Shown here: in pieces, positions 60,163 to 64,000 of the stretch | Layout of the letters: each line of letters begins with the position of its first letter | Numbering within the stretch: position 1 is the stretch's first letter | Origin: Haliotis rufescens | Lineage: Eukaryota | Direction: 5' to 3' | NCBI RefSeq assembly: GCF_023055435.1 | Contig: NW_025963791.1 | Span: 15,128,001 to 15,192,000, forward strand | Length of the DNA stretch: 64,000 nucleotides | Made by a program: the position numbers and the translations under genes | Notes under the pieces: generated by a model | The model's database searches: none | What the model saw: the letters and a program-made list of their open reading frames with translations, nothing else | Told to the model about the DNA's origin: nothing

Positions 60163-62096
60163 CAATCTCATTAAAATCAGATCTTAGTTCTCGCTACTGC
60201 TAAACAAAGATCTAAGGACATCCCATTCAGGGGTTGAAAAATTATTAAAAATGTTACTTGACCAAGGGCAAGTATGACCAACATTCTCACTTGCCCTATT
60301 TTAAAATGTACTAGCCTAAAATCAAGCTAATAAATTCAGTAAAATGTTACTGCTGCAGAACTGAGAATAAAATTCTGAAATTTGAACATCCATTAATAAA
60401 CGTTCTCTTACGATTGCAAGCGTGTATGTTTGGGTACTTGAAACAAATGGTGCACTTCATGACTTTCGCTGTGTCATCATACGCAACCCAAGGAAACTGG
60501 TCTTTCCACCCAGCAATGAATGTTCGTTTTCGTTTACATTCGTCATACTTCTTATTCTTTGCCGATATACAACTTTCGGAATTTCCCTCTGCCTTCGTCC
60601 CCACCGCCAAAGAAACTTAAAATAGACCGCTGAGACATGATCGGCCATGTGCGGTACTGGCAATATAAATTGTTATTGCAGATACCCCTCTGGGTGCTAA
60701 TGAGGCAAAGGGAGACTACTCTGTCCTTTACTAGCTTACTTATTTGAAACAACAGATTTACTTACAGTGATCCCTCGCTATTGCACTCTTCAATATAGCG
60801 CTAACTCGGTTATTGTGTGCGGTAACACATGGTTCCCAAAACTTATATACACTTTTAGTAAACTCAAGTCACTGACACGATGTCATTTCCCCATCGCAAA
60901 AACATTACCACCTGCACGCAACACAGGAAATACCAATCAACAAATTCCGCAATTAAATCCTATTATTACTATCTGGTTATAAAAAAACACGTTTGTACCT
61001 TGACATATGTTTGTAGCATATTTTATTAATTTTATTTAAAATTTCATTCAATACAGTTTAGATCAATTTTGCCGAAATCGTGCGTAAAGGGGTCGATAGA
61101 TCGCACAACTCGCCGTTATTTACAGCAACCACGGTCAGGTTATCGCTATTGACGGCTCGAATGAACTTGAGTTGACAACGAAAAGAAACACCTATTAAAT
61201 AAATGCCATACTTTCACCCGTTAAAAGTCCCGTTTGTTGTAGTTCGACAAAATTATATTTTATCAAAGCTAGGCCTAACGGAGCATCTAAAGTCGGAAAA
61301 TGTTTCAACCTCGCGTTACAATTTCCAAGAAACATGTGCCATATATGGAAGTGTTACTACGATTTAACAATGAAACAAGCCTGGTTCTCGTTGTTGACCT
61401 GCCTGACATCGAAATGTATTAATCCCATTGGTTGACTGGCGTAGCTGTATGCAAATTACATTGTCAGTCTGGGACACTAACAAAATATTAGCCAATCAAA
61501 TACCGTAACATGATCACATGATTACATTCGCGTGAAACTTGACCCAGTTCATTTTGTGTGCTCTACTTGTCCACGGGCATGCTAGAAAACGTATATTACA
61601 CGCCCGACATCTAAACCTTACTTGGCACGGGCGTCGGGCAATGGTATTTTTCAACCCCTGCCATTACGGGTCATGTCAGACTGACCTTGCGCGAACTTTG
61701 ATCGACCAATGGAATGACTGACGAGAAGTCGACATTAGCCAATCAGAAGGCAGCTTACTCATGCTTTACGGCACTAATTTCAAATTAGCGACTACACTTC
61801 GAAACATATTTTGACAAATTCTCGATTAAAAATTTGAAACCTGAACAAAAGAACATTCTGGAATGGCTAATAGATGGTCTAGATTGTATGGATTCAGTCG
61901 TTAACCTCGTGACTATCGTTCGGAATACCCTGTGTAAAAAGTTTTCAGGGTTGCATGATAAGAAATCACATTCTGAGCGTCACTTTCATGATCTGGTAGG
62001 CGAAGCTCTGATTGGTTCTGATGTGACTACTAATTGGATGTCCTCAGATCTTTGTTTAGCGGTAACGAGAACTAAGATCTGTTTTTAATGAGATTG
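60163..62096 (+). mobile_element. Non-autonomous TIR DNA transposon, AcademH-like (host of a nested hAT-like element)
   Basis: ~60-bp TIRs CAATCTCATTAAAA.CAGATCTTAGTTCTCG...; 10-bp TSD CACCAAACAC (60153-60162 / 62097-62106); internal FSIKNLKPEQKNILEWLIDGLDCM resembles the start of a RecQ helicase domain. Confidence 0.75.
60228..61660 (-). mobile_element. hAT-like internally deleted transposon with TTF-type zinc-finger fragment
   Basis: TIR CAGGGGTTGAAAAAT at both ends; 5-bp TSD CCATT; minus ORF 60347-60610 KRKRTFIAGWKDQFPWVAYDDTAKVMKCTICFKY...FINGCSNFR. Confidence 0.8.
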
Positions 62097-62346
62097 CACC
62101 AAACACTTATCAATAGTGAAATGAGTAGTGAAAACATTCTTCCATTATACTTGACACTGCCAACTGCCAATCGTCAGTGTGCCTCAGTTGGTGTATTGTC
62201 CTAACCCTAATCATGCTAATGCTAATTATAGTTCACTGTAACATAATAGGCAAGGTGGTATCAGTTGTCCTTATCCTGTTTATGAGTTTTGTCTCAAAGA
62301 AGCATGTTGTTATACTGGTGAACTGCCCATACATTTCTTAGATGTA

Positions 62347-62516
62347 CAGTAAACTACGTTTATAACGAACACACTGATATAACGAACTTATTATTAAGTC
62401 CCGACCATTTGTTGTACATATGCTGTATATATGCTTATAACAAACTACGGTTATTACGAACTAAAATTAGTGGTCCCTTCAAGTTTGTTGTAACCATGGT
62501 AACCGTTCGTTTACTG
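62347..62516. mobile_element. Tigger/pogo-type MITE
   Basis: TA-CAGTAAAC ... GTTTACTG-TA, TA TSD. Confidence 0.7.
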
Positions 62517-63090
62517 TATAGTCATTGTGATAAAATGGTGAATACTGTGGTGGTATGAGGTTGACAGACCCAAGATGGAATAGGATAGGTTTATTACAGG
62601 TGCAGAAATTCCGCCCATGTTCGTTGGCCATTACAAACAATCCCAAGATGCCTTGGGGCAGGGAACCCTTACTTACTTTCACTACAGAGAGCATTAATTT
62701 ACATCGTTTATATGATACTTGACAAATACATGACACTATCAACAAGTAACAGCCATAATATGAGCCTTAGTTGACTGTCCAGATGACTAATTGTTGGTTT
62801 GACCCATATGTATTATTTGAGTGAACATAAGTAAGAACACTTAAACAATCAGACAATAAGCACTGATAAGACACAGAAGCTTAACAATAACCATGATACC
62901 CAGTGATAACAATTGCCATTCCAAATTTCAGTTGATGTAATGGTCACTAGTTTGATGCAAGATGTTTGTCAAATTCACACAAACTAATCATGCTAACAGT
63001 TTCAGAGTTGTGGAAATTCTTTGTTTTGCCATACCATCCATGCCTAATACAAAGACAAAATACAAAATGCTTCTGAATATCATAAACATA

Positions 63091-63202
63091 ACCGGGGCGC
63101 ACCGGGATTCGAACCCACTATTATAGATTTCTGGCCTGCATAAGAGACACAACTCTGCACAGTGAATTGCGGCGCCTTAGACAACTACACCCCCTGCCCC
63201 CC
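63091..63202 (-). mobile_element. SINE family D, head only
   Basis: GGATTCGAACCCAC...GCGGCGCCTTAGAC. Confidence 0.65.
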
Positions 63203-64000
63203 AATTTAGGATGCAGAATTAACCAAAATTGACCACAGAATTTGTTTTGGTCGGGGACTGATAATTACAAAACAACAAGACAATACAGCATGTACAATAA
63301 GCTGTATCTGTGTACCATCTGCGGCTACCAGTACAAGTTATTATTCGTCATAGAAAATTCTATTATTATTGCTTTACAAGATCTGTCTTCATGGTCTTGT
63401 TCCTTTGATCTTTATGCAGATGACCACAATTTAAAATACTTCAGCTTTGATCACATTTATTAAATTATTTATTTCCTGTTTGGAAGACTGATCCAAACAA
63501 TATCTTCTGCCAAATATGCCAAATAATATATAATATTAACCAGTTTAGTTTGATCTACCCAAGAAACTCTGTTAACCCATACATAACAAAGGTCTTACAT
63601 TACGAAAAAAAAAAAATGTCACTGTTAAACATGTTAAATACACCTTACAATAGGAGATTAAAGGGAAATCACTCACTGTGTCACACCATTAATCATAGTG
63701 CGACCAAGGGTGCCGGCTAACACTTAAGGGGAATCTCCATGCTGTGACTAGTTCCAAACTAGGTTGCTCATATCCAACTGTGATAACATCAAACCTGGAG
63801 TTACCCCCCACCCCACTTGGTTCAATATAAAAAATCATGTTGATCATAATCATGATAGTAGCTTTCATTTATTTTAGAGTACTATTATGCTTAACATATT
63901 ATTAATAGATACCACATGGAAAACATCAAAATATCCAAATATCAAATGATTAATGTGCTAATAAAATTTATATAATACGTGTTTGAAGAAAAAAAAAGTC

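Noticed and set aside
58768-64000. IQCE start exon
   Set aside because: No convincing ATG-bearing exon with a phase-0 donor found; probably beyond the window or too short to recognise.

Overview
Eukaryotic, intron-rich, AT-rich animal genomic DNA. The SINE/MITE repertoire suggests a gastropod mollusc, possibly abalone, but that is inference. Hand-splicing gives five loci. (1) A gamma-glutamyl hydrolase (GGH, peptidase C26) cluster: exon 1 of a minus-strand copy leaving the window at left, a complete 9-exon minus copy (2220-9276) and a complete 9-exon plus copy (9845-19174) head-to-head with it. (2) LSM11 (minus, 4 exons) head-to-head with (3) a CCDC166/DUF4515-like gene (plus, 7 exons) that has an RFX X-box and a U12-type intron. 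(4) IQCE (minus, 22 exons found, 5' end not located) with five IQ motifs. (5) Many repeats: four SINE families, several MITE families, a mariner relic, a 5'-inverted L1/Tx1-type LINE with a 16-bp TSD, and a hAT-like element nested in an AcademH-like element. The most unusual pattern is that most large minisatellites start or end exactly at exon boundaries, and several units contain a copy of the exon end plus its splice donor (e.g. about 44 copies of the GGH exon 2 donor). Most ORF-track entries are artefacts of repeats or intron read-through. All coordinates were counted by hand, and repeat boundaries are approximate.
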